Part shown: positions 12,406 to 23,219 of the stretch, piece by piece
How positions within the stretch are numbered: position 1 is the stretch's first letter
Layout: every line of letters starts with the position of its first letter
Origin: Tetramitus jugosus
Lineage: Eukaryota; Protista; Heterolobosea
DNA: 64,000 nucleotides
NCBI GenBank assembly: GCA_937625935.1
Contig: OW569353.1
Location: 372,001-436,000, forward strand
Direction: 5' to 3'
Position numbers and translations under genes: made by a program
The notes under the pieces: generated by a model
Database searches by the model: none
Told to the model about the DNA's origin: nothing
The model's input: only the letters and a program-made list of their open reading frames with translations

Positions 12406-15400
12406 ATGAATAGCATGAACTCAAGACTGAGTATGGCAGGAAGGAAGGTATGGACGGAGGGAAACAAGTGATCACAACCCATGAACAAAAATACTTAACT
12501 TTTTTCTTAGGTTGCTGAGAATATCAGCTCAGTTGAAAATATTCCAGAGTTCTTGACCAATGACAAAACACTCACAAATATTCAATTAGAGATGATCAAG
12601 AAGGAATTTGACGATCGATTCATGTACCTCTCAGAAGAACTCTCTAGTATGCTACTGCAAATGAATAATGATGAAATTCTTAAACAGATGGGAAAGGATA
12701 ATGCCAGTGCCTCCCATATACAAGATAGGATCGCGGAAGTTCTCAAAGAAGCGCTTCACACCGAACAAGAGAGTCATATCAGACATCTAACAGAACAACT
12801 AGCGATAAAAGCGTCAGAATTATCCAATGTCGTTCAACAATTTGATAATTTGAGAACAACTCTTTCCAAATGTGATAATCATTTGCAGAAAGAGATGCAG
12901 CTCCGGAATGAAAAAGAGAAGAAGTTGGCAGCATACAAAGCGAAACTAAAAGAAATGACGAACAAGAATTCGGAATCATTGCTTACTCAAGATAAGATTA
13001 TGAAAGAAGCAAAGAAACATAATGAGAAGGTCAATACCCTAACAGAGAAAATAGCTTTCTTAGAACATGAACTAGCATTGAAAGAGTCACATTTGAAGAA
13101 AAAGAAAAAGGAATCATCAAAGGATGAATCTGAAATTCAACACTTGAAAGAAGAACTGGAGAGGGTTACTACAACAAATATTCAAAACTCTCAGCTTATC
13201 TCAAAACTATCTGAGGAAAAATCGACACTTCAACAAGAACTAGATCAGACCAAAGAACTCCTGTTAAAGTCAGAGCAGGAGAGATTGGAGCTAAGAAACA
13301 TGTATATTTCTTTGTCTGAGAAAGTAGAGTCGTTAGTAAAAAGTGATCTAGAAAAAACCACAGATATTGGAGACACCAATAGCATCAACTTTTTAAAACT
13401 GAGAATGAAGGATCTTAAGGTCAAACTATCTGATCAAATTAAGGATCATAAATTAGACCAGAAAGTTCAAAGAAAGAAAGCTAAAGAAGTGGAAAAACTG
13501 GTCGAACAAAAGACAAAGCAACTAAATGAAGCGAATGTCCTGATCATGAAATGCCAAAACAAATTAGAGAAGTATAAAGAAAAGTTGGAAGAAGAGACAA
13601 GAGCAAGGCAGAAAAACGAGAAAGATTTTAGAAGAATCAAAAATGAACTCGAAGAAGACTTAGAAAGAGAGAAGAAATCTTTTAGTGAACTTCAAAGAGA
13701 GTTTAGTAAACGAGTGTCTGAGAGATCCGAGGAATCAGAAAGAAGGATAAGAGATCAGTATGAGACGAAGATATTTGCTCTCCAACGAGATTTGCATGAG
13801 AAAGAACAACAATTTCAAAAGAATAATCTGGAGAACATGATTCAGAATCAACTCAATTCTGTTAGAAAATCGATGCAACCTGATCAGACTGAAAGGATGA
13901 TAGAAGTATATGAAAACAAAATTAAATCATATCAACAAGACTATATCGCCAAGATAGAGCATCAACAGATAATCAGAGAGATGGACCATAGACAAAAGAT
14001 GGAAATTAATGATATTAAGAAACATCTAGAGGCTGAATGTAAGGTTCAATTGAGAGAGTTAGATGAGAGGAAGAACAAAGAGTTCAACTTTACCTTAACC
14101 AATGTGAAACAAGCCGTGAAATCTCTTGAGCTAAAACTGGAGGAAGAACATAGTGTCAACAAAAGGCTGGTGGAGAGAACAGAGAGTGAGAGGAAGATTG
14201 TATTAACTCTGAAAGATACTATTGAAGATCTAGAACAAAAACGAAGATATTTGTCTCAAAATCTAGAAGAATCAACAAACGCTTCGAACCAACTGAGAAG
14301 TACACTAGAAGAAGAAACACGACGAAGGAAAACTCTCGAAGATCAATACCACAATATTTCCAAAGAATCATCGCATCTGTCTCAAACAATCGAGGACTTA
14401 AAGAGTCTCATAGATAATAGAGACAAGCAAATCATTGGTAGCAAGATGGATGCCAAACACCTCAAAGAATCACTAGACCGAGAAGCTGAAAGAAGTCATA
14501 CTTTATTGTTAGAGAAAGAATCCCTTTCCTCGACAGTGTTCAATCTTGATGAATCCAGGAAGAAATTAGTTGAGTGTATAACTTCGGTTACGCAAAACAT
14601 CAAGTCTGAAATGACAGAAACTCGATCTTTGGACTTATCCTCGTTTGTCGAAATTTCAGCCTATTCTAAATCTCTCGATGTGGATGAATGCTGTAAGCAG
14701 TTATTGAACAATTTTACTGAATTCAAAGGACTTATCTCAAAAAATAGAAGTCAATTAGAAGAAAGAGTAAAGAATTCTGACTCAGCTCTATACAACCAAA
14801 AGAAGAAGTTTGAGAAGACAATTAAGAGCATGGGCCAAGTATTTTCAATGAGAATTCAACAACTCAAGAAAGAATTGTCCATTGTTAGGACCACATCTGA
14901 AGGTGCAGCGAACTCTCTGAAATTAACCTTTAGCAAGCAGATAGATTTTCTATTAGCTAAAATAGAGGATACAAACTTAGGAAATCAACAAAAAGTTCGA
15001 CTGATGAAGAGCGAACATCAATATGAATTGCAGGAACTTGAAAGATCTTGGAATCAAAGAGTTCATGAAGAAAAGGAAAAGATGAAGGGAGTGATTCTCC
15101 AATATCAAGAGAAGATAGATACTCTCCAAGAACAGATGAGAGATTTAACCAACCAAAAAACGAGACTTGAACAAGATTGCCAAATGTTCCAGAGGAAGTT
15201 TGAAGACTTCAAGAGAGTATTGTCTCTAACAAACGAGTTTTTATCCATTCCTATTGATGTTCAGAACGGTTTACTCAGCAACCAGAAGGGAATTGTGGAA
15301 AGATTTGTTTCAAAATTGCGGGAGATATTCGAAACTCAAAAGAGAGAGTACGAACAAGCAAAACAGCAATTGTCTGGGGAATACTCTAGTTTGAAAGAAG

Positions 15401-16065
15401 AACTTACAAACTTCAAAAAATTGAGTGATAAACTCCAACAGAGGTGCCTAAAGACTGAAAATGACTTAGCTGAAGCGAAGGGAAAACTTGAAAAAGTAAG
15501 TACAGATTACACCACTGAACTAAATCTCCTATTAGAGCAGTTCTCTTCCTTGGAAAACCGACATAAAGAAGAAATCCTGTCTATTCGAGATAAATCAGCT
15601 TCCATCATCCAAGAAATGAGTGTGAAGTTCCCAGAGATGAAAGGAAGTTACGAGAAGAAATTGAAATCCCTCGAGGAACAGCTCATGAGTGATAGAAACA
15701 AAGTTGATTCACTGAAAAAGGATCGACAAAAGATGGCAAGTGAATTGCAACTAGTGAGGAGTGATCTAAATCAAGCACTAAGTGAAATTGCCCAGAAACA
15801 ACAACAAATGGAACACTTCTCAAGGAAGAGTCAGGAGCAGTTCCAAATTGGTGAGATTGCTATCGATGAACTCCAAAAGAGACTATCAGAGAGAGATAGA
15901 GAAGCAGAACGATTGGCCATGGAAAAGGAACTTCTTCAGCGATCCACCGGTCAGGACAAGCAAGAGATTCAGCGACTCCAAAATATCATGGAACGAGAGT
16001 TCTTGCAAACAAGCACTAACAAAAGTAGGCTTGATAGGTCGCTCGTCGACACCAGCACTTTGTAA
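12406..16065 (+). CDS. Large coiled-coil protein (about 1200 aa), function unknown, 2 exons
   Basis: Continuous E/K/L/Q heptad-rich ORF. Intron 12448-12510 (GTATGG...CTTAG) is phase 0. Start codon uncertain. Confidence 0.75.
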
Positions 16066-16430
16066 ATCTAATTATTATTTCATCCTTTTCATAATTGTCA
16101 TTTATTTGTTTGGATTTTATGTATGTACAACAATTGTTTTGGTCAATACTATGTCTGACAGTCGTTCTTGCGATTGTTGTCATAAAAAGCTTGGATAAAG
16201 GAAAGGAGGATTTCGAATGGTTATTGAACGTGCTTTTGGATGGTCGTTGAGATAAATACTGTGTGGACTGCGCATGTTCTGACAGCAGTGTTTCAAATTT
16301 GATAGTAATAATAATTATGGTAGCAGTGGTCATAGTTGTAACAGCCAATCGTCGGGTGTAAGGGCATCGAGTGAACTTCAACAACACTGAATGTGTGAGT
16401 GTGTTGTTGCCACTCTCTCTCTCTACCTTT

Positions 16431-17782
16431 TTAAGCCCAGACCTTGAGTGTGTGATCCCATGAACCAGTACACATGGCAGTACCATCAGGTGAAATACCC
16501 AAACAACTGACTCTGTTCTCGTGGTCAATCAATGTTTGCAACTGGGTGCCCTTGAGCGTATCCCACACAATCACCTTCTTATCATCATATGCAGAGAACA
16601 AGAATCGTCCGCTCTTACTGAACGAGATACTCGTCACACCCTCTCTAATCGAATCATCGCAATAACTCATCATTTCTCTATCGGCCCGAATGTCAAACAA
16701 TCGACAACTGGCGTCATCAGATCCCGTACCAAAGCTCAATCCGTTAGGGAAGTACTGAACAGAGTTGATATCACTCTCGTGACCCACAAACGTCTGAACA
16801 CACTTTCCAGAACGAATGTCCCAAATCTTTGCCTGAGAGTCGCACGCACCACTGACAAAAGTGTTTTGGTCCTGGGAGACAGAAATGTTCATGACATCAC
16901 CAGTGTGCTCTGTAAACTTGTGCAATGGTTGACCAATCTCAGTGTCCCACAGGATGCAACTCATGTCACCACTGCTCGTCAAGATGTGTCTATCGGTCAT
17001 GAACTTGCAACAACTGAGGTAACCAGTGTGAGCAGAGAGTTCTCTAGTGACTTTGATGGCACCACCAGAGCCACCTCCAGATTGGTTGGATGAGGCTCTC
17101 AGATTATAAACGGAGCAAATGTTGTCCAGTCCACCACAAGCAACAAAGTTACCACTTGGACTGTAGGCACAAGTCATGACCCAGTGACTGCGCAGAGGTA
17201 TAGCATGAACCTTGTATGTGGTCAATGCATTCCAAATGATGAGCTTTCCGTCCTGTGAAGCAGAAACAATTTGCTTGTTGTCTTGACTCCAAGCTAATGA
17301 ATAGATTTTGGCCAAGTGACCTCTCAGAACTTGTCTGCACTTGATTTTGAGTGAACCTGGTTGTACTTCTGGCACTTCGAAGCTGTCGACTATTTGTTGT
17401 CAGTCATGATGATATGGACAGGTGGTGATTCATTATATTTGTAGTCAGAGAAAAAAAAATGATTGGTGTGAGTGAATCTTGTCATTTTTTTTTTGAGAGT
17501 TGACGTGTGCGCACATTTGTGTGAAAGCTTTTTGTAATGTCATGTTTTTTTTTTGTAATCAAAGGGAGAAGTGGGGGAGAGAAATTGAAGGTGGGATTGT
17601 GCGCACACTTATTGGAAGATGTGATAATGATTGTTGTCAAAATCACTGTTGTTGGTGTTGTTTGTTCACATACGTTTCGCATCGTTGGTGGCTTCTCTGT
17701 TTGCTTTGATTTGTTCTTGGAGTGAAGCAGCCTCCTTTCTCGCATTTACAATTGCTTCCTGAACGTGATTGGTGTCAGTCAT
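16431..17782 (-). CDS. GNB: Heterotrimeric G-protein beta subunit, 2 exons
   Basis: [31 protein letters not shown] and GSWD...LKVW motifs. Exon 1 [26 protein letters not shown] (N-terminal coiled coil) joins across intron 17390-17673. Confidence 0.96.
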
Positions 17783-18074
17783 TGTTGTCGTCTAGTTGTG
17801 AACGAAATATAAAGTTTTGTTTGTTGTGGTTGTGGTTGTTGGGGAGACTTTGTTGTTCACGCAGTTTTTTTGGTGGCTGTTGTGTTCCAAGAGGCAACAG
17901 CAGAGACAAGAATACGGTTGAAATTTTTGGTGATGTCTGATGAGACTGACAGTTGGCCGTTGTAATGTAGGGGACAAATTAAGGTCATCTCTCCCAATTT
18001 GAACCTCTGGTGGAAATTTGGTGTTTGGAAGAATCTTTACCGACAGTGAAAGTTTCACCGTCATAACATCAACC

Positions 18075-18971
18075 ATGACTGAAAGACTGTCTATGAAGTT
18101 GCTTTCTTCCTTCAAATTGACTCCCAGCCAAGCAACTCGCGCATTTAATAAATTCGCTGATTCTCATCTCTGGGCTCCGATATCATGGAAGTCGCAGCAT
18201 TACAAAGAACCTAAAATTGTTCCTACATTGATCCCATTTTACCGTCTTTCATTCAGTTGTGACATTCAGGGTGAAGATTTGAATGAGAAGCCACGGAGGT
18301 ATTCGGAACAAGATCTATGCATTTATGGATCGAATACTTATCGAGGCTGTGGTATGGAGAAGCTGGCTTCTATCTATATTCGACGTGGTTCTCTGATGAA
18401 TTGGGAAGGAGTGATTCATGAGGAAGACCTGATGAATATTGACGGTACAGCACCAAATACAACAGCCGAAGATAATTCAGTTGAGAAAACAGACATGCCA
18501 TTGATCGATACAGCTCTGTCTCCTGAAACTATTTGTCAATCATATATGAATAGTGAGTCATTTAGAAATAGAGCTAAAAGATTCTACCCCCAGGCCACAG
18601 GCCATATCACTGTATCAGACATGAGAATTGAAAACAAAAAGTTGATGTATCTTCCTACTTATGTACTTCATGGCGGAACAGAGTTTGTCCCAAAAATAAG
18701 AAGCTTTGTTTGTGCGATGGAGTCAGGCAAGGAGGTGGAGCCACTGGTGATTGGTCAGCCTTACTTTGCTTTCAGAAAAGCCTTTATTCCAAGTTTGTTC
18801 TTTCTTTCAGTATTTGATTACGGAGGAAAGGAATGGACAGATTCCATGCTTGGTACTAATCACTATTTTCCTTTGGTCATTCTACCATCGATCCTCATTT
18901 CCACTTGGATTACTTTTTCATCCTCTCGTACGATCAGAAAGAATTCAAAGGTAATACCTGAGCCATTCTAG
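18075..18971 (+). CDS. Hypothetical protein with C-terminal hydrophobic segments
   Basis: About 298-aa ORF from the first ATG; ATRAFNKF...LWAP, IPFY and YLPTY motifs; two hydrophobic stretches near the C-terminus. Confidence 0.6.
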   Translation: MTERLSMKLLSSFKLTPSQATRAFNKFADSHLWAPISWKSQHYKEPKIVPTLIPFYRLSFSCDIQGEDLNEKPRRYSEQDLCIYGSNTYRGCGMEKLASIYIRRGSLMNWEGVIHEEDLMNIDGTAPNTTAEDNSVEKTDMPLIDTALSPETICQSYMNSESFRNRAKRFYPQATGHITVSDMRIENKKLMYLPTYVLHGGTEFVPKIRSFVCAMESGKEVEPLVIGQPYFAFRKAFIPSLFFLSVFDYGGKEWTDSMLGTNHYFPLVILPSILISTWITFSSSRTIRKNSKVIPEPF

Positions 18972-19044
18972 AGAATATTGGTTGCGCGCATATTCCTCGG
19001 CAGGTACACCTCCAAAATTTCAACTCTCTATGCTTCCATGCCTC

Positions 19045-19779
19045 TTACAAAGTCATGTCATTGAATTTTGTTATTTCTTGAGTAAATTGATTATCTTTAA
19101 GTTCATACCACCTCTCTTGAGCTTGATTTTTAACCAATGTACTCACAACATTGTCTCTTTGTTTTTTCTGTTGTTCAGCAAGTATCCTTTTCTTCTTTTC
19201 AAGCAGAAGAACTTCTTGGTAGCGAAGTGCGGTAATATATTCATCATAGGTGATATTTCCTCTATTGTCAGAACTAGCAAGTACATCTTTTGGGGAAATC
19301 ATTAAGGATTGCCGGTCCTGTACACCCGATAGAGGTGCTTCTGAAATAGTTATTTTGTCTAGAGTTTGCTGGTACTTGTCCACCTCATTCTGCTTTAATA
19401 CTACTTGTCTGTGATGATAATCGGTGTTGAACACACTCAAATCTCTCCTGGTGAAATCTATTGTTTGTTCGAGGTAATCCATAGCTAACTGAGTAGATCT
19501 TGCAGAATTAGGTCTGCTTTGTCGAGTAGGGGTATGTTTCGGAAAACTCCTAACAAAAGATGAGCTTGATCTGTATCTACTGGTGCGGTTAGAGTGAGAG
19601 GTATGAACAGGAATGGAAGGACCCTTTTCTCTCTTCTCTTTGTGCTCCCGGAGAAAGCGTTGAAATTCTTCTTCTTCTCTCTCAGCATTGGTTTTCGAGG
19701 TGCGTTTGGTTGACTGAAAGAAGGAAAGCTTTTGGTGGGGATTGTCAGAAGACGACACTCTATGGCCCTGGAGAAACAT
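19045..19779 (-). CDS. Hypothetical basic/coiled-coil protein
   Basis: ORF of about 245 aa from ATG 19779 (open from 19848); C-terminal helix ending ERWYELKDNQFTQEITKFN. Confidence 0.55.
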   Translation of the reverse strand: MFLQGHRVSSSDNPHQKLSFFQSTKRTSKTNAEREEEEFQRFLREHKEKREKGPSIPVHTSHSNRTSRYRSSSSFVRSFPKHTPTRQSRPNSARSTQLAMDYLEQTIDFTRRDLSVFNTDYHHRQVVLKQNEVDKYQQTLDKITISEAPLSGVQDRQSLMISPKDVLASSDNRGNITYDEYITALRYQEVLLLEKKKRILAEQQKKQRDNVVSTLVKNQAQERWYELKDNQFTQEITKFNDMTL

Positions 19780-20025
19780 AGGATTGATGTTCTTTCTTTT
19801 CGGAAGGATTCGAGAAGAACCGATCCACGAGAAAAGCGCTCCACACAAGATAGCATGATGTTAGGATAATTTTTATTTTGAGCCCCTTGTAGTTCTCCTC
19901 TTTTCAGAGCATGTTTTTGTACAACATCGCTTTGAGCCACAAAACTACCTGCAATAGTAGCAGTAGGTAGCTCAATTTCCGAAGCGTGCGTTTCCGAGTT
20001 TAAAATTCTGACACCAGCAAAGAGT

Positions 20026-21647
20026 TTAAAGGTCAGTAGTTCTGATCATTCCGTCCAAGTTACCAACAGAAACCAAAGTTGGTTTGGATGCCAACAACTT
20101 CTTAGCAGCCTGCTTAATGTCATCAACAGTGATTCTCTTGATTGCTGCAATGTGTTCATCTTGAGAGCTGAACTTAGCGTTAAATTCATTCAATCCTTGG
20201 TTGGACTCAAGACCAGCAAGCAATTGAACAAGAGTTGCATTCTTTGCACCATTCAATTGTGATTCAGTGATTTGTTCAGCAGAGTTCTTCAATAGATCAA
20301 CAGCAGAGACAACAGCATCAGAAGCAGCGCTACCATTCTTTGCTTGGACAAAGACACCGAACAATCCACTGTCAGAATATGAAGTAGAGAATGCTCTTGC
20401 TTGTCTAATATTTTGGTTCTTGGACACAACGTAACGTTGCAACAAAGATTCTCTTCTTGCCAAGGTTGGAACATAAACGTTGTATGCACTACCCAACAAT
20501 TGGCTCAAAACATTCAAAGCATAGTAGTGCTTGATATCCTTTTGTGCGGCACCTTCGAAGGCAAGAATGACTTGAGTTGCAGTACCCTCTGGTCCTTCAA
20601 GAACAGCGTTCACTTCATAGTCACCACCAATATATTTAGCAGACTCGTTTGCAGTGCTTGGCAATGGAGCAATTGAAGAGACATTGTTATCCAAATGTCC
20701 GAACAATCTCTCGGCCAAGACAGTCAAATCGTGATGATCGAAATTAGTTGCAACAAGGGTCATTCTGTTTGGCACATACAAGCTGTTCATGTATTGAACG
20801 ACATCAGCAGCACTGATTTTGTCAACTTGATGACTTGGGCAAATCAAACTTCTTCCCAAATTCTTCTTTCCATAGGCAGTTGCGTGTAATAATTCGGCCA
20901 AAACAAACTCTGGATCACTTCCATATGCTTCAATATCGTCTTGAACGAATTCTCTCTTTGGTGGCAGATCCCACTCCAACAATCTTCCTTGCAAAACAGA
21001 GTTTGAAACCAATTCCAAAGTTTGTGGGACAGCCTCTCTCAAAGCGTCCAATTGATATACAATTTGTTCTCTGCCAGTTTGAGCGGAAATATCAGCACCA
21101 GTCTTTTGCATATCAGACACCAATCTCAGGTAACTGCGTTGATTTGTTCCAGCATAGAAGAATCGTTCGGTAAAGTGAGCAACACCCTCGTTTTTATAAG
21201 TTTGGAAACGGGATCCAGCATCGACATACAAACCAACGAAGGACTTTCCCTTGTTCAATGATTGCTAAAATATACAAAGAGGATGGTATTAGTGATCGAT
21301 CACATGAAAACAATGAAATGAAGAAGTATTTACATTTGAGACCAAAGTTAAACCGTTTGTCAGCTTTGATTTTTCGACCTTCTTGAAGTTTTCGGTCTCA
21401 GCCTTGACAAAGTCAGCAACAGGGGAGAGTGAAGGTGTTGATGGGAAGTACATGGTCAATGGAACATCCTTGGCAGAAACGGCAGAGCTCTGAGAAACAA
21501 CGTTTCTTGAGAAATGTCTAACAAACTAAGATGACGGGAGAACAAAGAAGAACAACAGAAAATGAAGATGATTAACAATGGCTGTGATGAAGACAATGCA
21601 TTTGGCATAACTCATACCTTGGTTGATCTAGATGTTTGAGAAATCAT
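20026..21647 (-). CDS. Inactive M16 peptidase: mitochondrial processing peptidase alpha / cytochrome bc1 core protein 2-like, 3 exons
   Basis: Arg/Ser-rich targeting-type N-terminus MISQTSRSTKFVRHFSRN. KLTNGL, VGLYVDAGSR, HFTER (no HxxEH) and YSDSGLFG motifs. Introns 21526-21617 and 21265-21333. Confidence 0.88.
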
Positions 21648-21810
21648 TTTCAATGCTAATGGATAAACGACTCACAGGGGGTATGTGTTTGTCTGGTTTG
21701 TTTTTGCGCTGCGTGTTCAGTCAACCCCGTTTTGTAATCAATTCCGATTGAACAATCACAGGAACCATTGAATCTCCGACCGGAAAAATGAGCAACGAAA
21801 CTACAGAAAA

Positions 21811-23148
21811 ATGGGTCAACAATCATTTCGTTCTCAACAGCTGGATATCCCAAACCAAAATGTTAGGGACAAGAGCCAAGTAATATCTACCCCTCCACAG
21901 AGAAGGAGAGCTAGTACATTGAACTCCCCAATCGAAAAAATTACACAGGAGAGATTTGTATCAGCCGGAGTCAGTATAATTGAAAGAAAGGGGAAAAAAG
22001 TCGAAGAGTATGAGGTGCTCGACCCAGCAAAGGTGTACAAAACACTTCCCACAAATGTGATCTTGAATATTCTTCATTTTCATCCAGTTTTCATGGAGTT
22101 AGTGCCAATAGAGGGTGCATTGTTAGATATGGCCGTCAGAGAATTCATGGGGCTATTCCCAGATGGAAAAGTTGTGTCTCTGTGTTTTAATGTGTTGGTG
22201 AGAAATGATTATCCAGAGATGTGGTCCTCATCGAATATTCCAATCTTGCTTATCCATGCCAGAACAATTACAGTCACTTATGAGCTGATTAGTTCACCTA
22301 GCTTCAGCAATAGGTTATTCCATCTGACGAATCAGAGGGTTGAACTTCCCAAGGAGTTCATCATCACGGAGTCCATCAAATGGCAAAGCTTTTCAAAGTT
22401 GGATAGCGAGAAAATTATGCAACTATTGACACATGTCAATGTTCAACTTAGCGAGAATACGCCACACAATGCCTTAGATATTCTATCGAATTTCGCGCGA
22501 TTGAAATCAGTTATAATAGAGTTCTCAACTAATTTAGACACTGAAGACTGGTTCTTAGAGTCACTATATTCCCTAACGCATGTGAAGGAGGTAAGTCTCT
22601 GCTATGGGAAATTTTCAACAACCGCTTTTACAAGGTTCATGAAGACAGCTCCCTTTTCAAAGATTTGTTTGAGAAAACTGCGAGTAGGAGGTTCCAATGA
22701 GCTATGTTTTAAGGGAATCGAAGAAAATGACCGGCTGAGATTGCTTTCATTTATCGAGTGTGGATGGCAGAATGAATATCCTCCTTTCGAATGTAAAACT
22801 ATTCAACAGCTTCTGATTGACATGCCTCCTCGGATCAAGCAAACAAGTTTAACAGATGTGCGAAAGAGTTTAGAGACTCGAATTTCTCCTTGTTATTCTG
22901 TCAATTATGTCAAGATAGTCGGACACGATGCTGCCTCCATCTATAACTGCTTATTCTTGCTAAAATCTGTGAAGACCATGCAGTTGAATATCAAATCCTT
23001 TGTCTCCATTGGTTCCATATCAGTACTTCTCAACCACATCACCATCGATTCTTTGATTCTTGGAAGTAGAATGGGCTTGAACAGAGACAGCGTTTTCAAG
23101 ATATGTGAAGAAAAGAACACGAGGTTGTTTGTGAGTGGGCAATTCTGA
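21811..23148 (+). CDS. Hypothetical protein with F-box-like motif and LRR-like C-terminal half
   Basis: 445-aa ORF with TLPTNVILNILHF and LxxLxL-type repeats. Confidence 0.5.
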   Translation: MGQQSFRSQQLDIPNQNVRDKSQVISTPPQRRRASTLNSPIEKITQERFVSAGVSIIERKGKKVEEYEVLDPAKVYKTLPTNVILNILHFHPVFMELVPIEGALLDMAVREFMGLFPDGKVVSLCFNVLVRNDYPEMWSSSNIPILLIHARTITVTYELISSPSFSNRLFHLTNQRVELPKEFIITESIKWQSFSKLDSEKIMQLLTHVNVQLSENTPHNALDILSNFARLKSVIIEFSTNLDTEDWFLESLYSLTHVKEVSLCYGKFSTTAFTRFMKTAPFSKICLRKLRVGGSNELCFKGIEENDRLRLLSFIECGWQNEYPPFECKTIQQLLIDMPPRIKQTSLTDVRKSLETRISPCYSVNYVKIVGHDAASIYNCLFLLKSVKTMQLNIKSFVSIGSISVLLNHITIDSLILGSRMGLNRDSVFKICEEKNTRLFVSGQF

Positions 23149-23219
23149 GAAGTTGTGGATGTGCGCGCCAAAAAAAAAGATGCACCGATCAAAAGAAAAG
23201 TTTGACAAAACGAAAGCAA

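Noticed and set aside
19855-20011. C/D-box snoRNA or spliceosomal snRNA call for the hairpin region
   Set aside because: The C box is imperfect (ATGATGT), there is no terminal stem, and I found no U1/U2 signature sequences. Kept only as an unassigned structured candidate.
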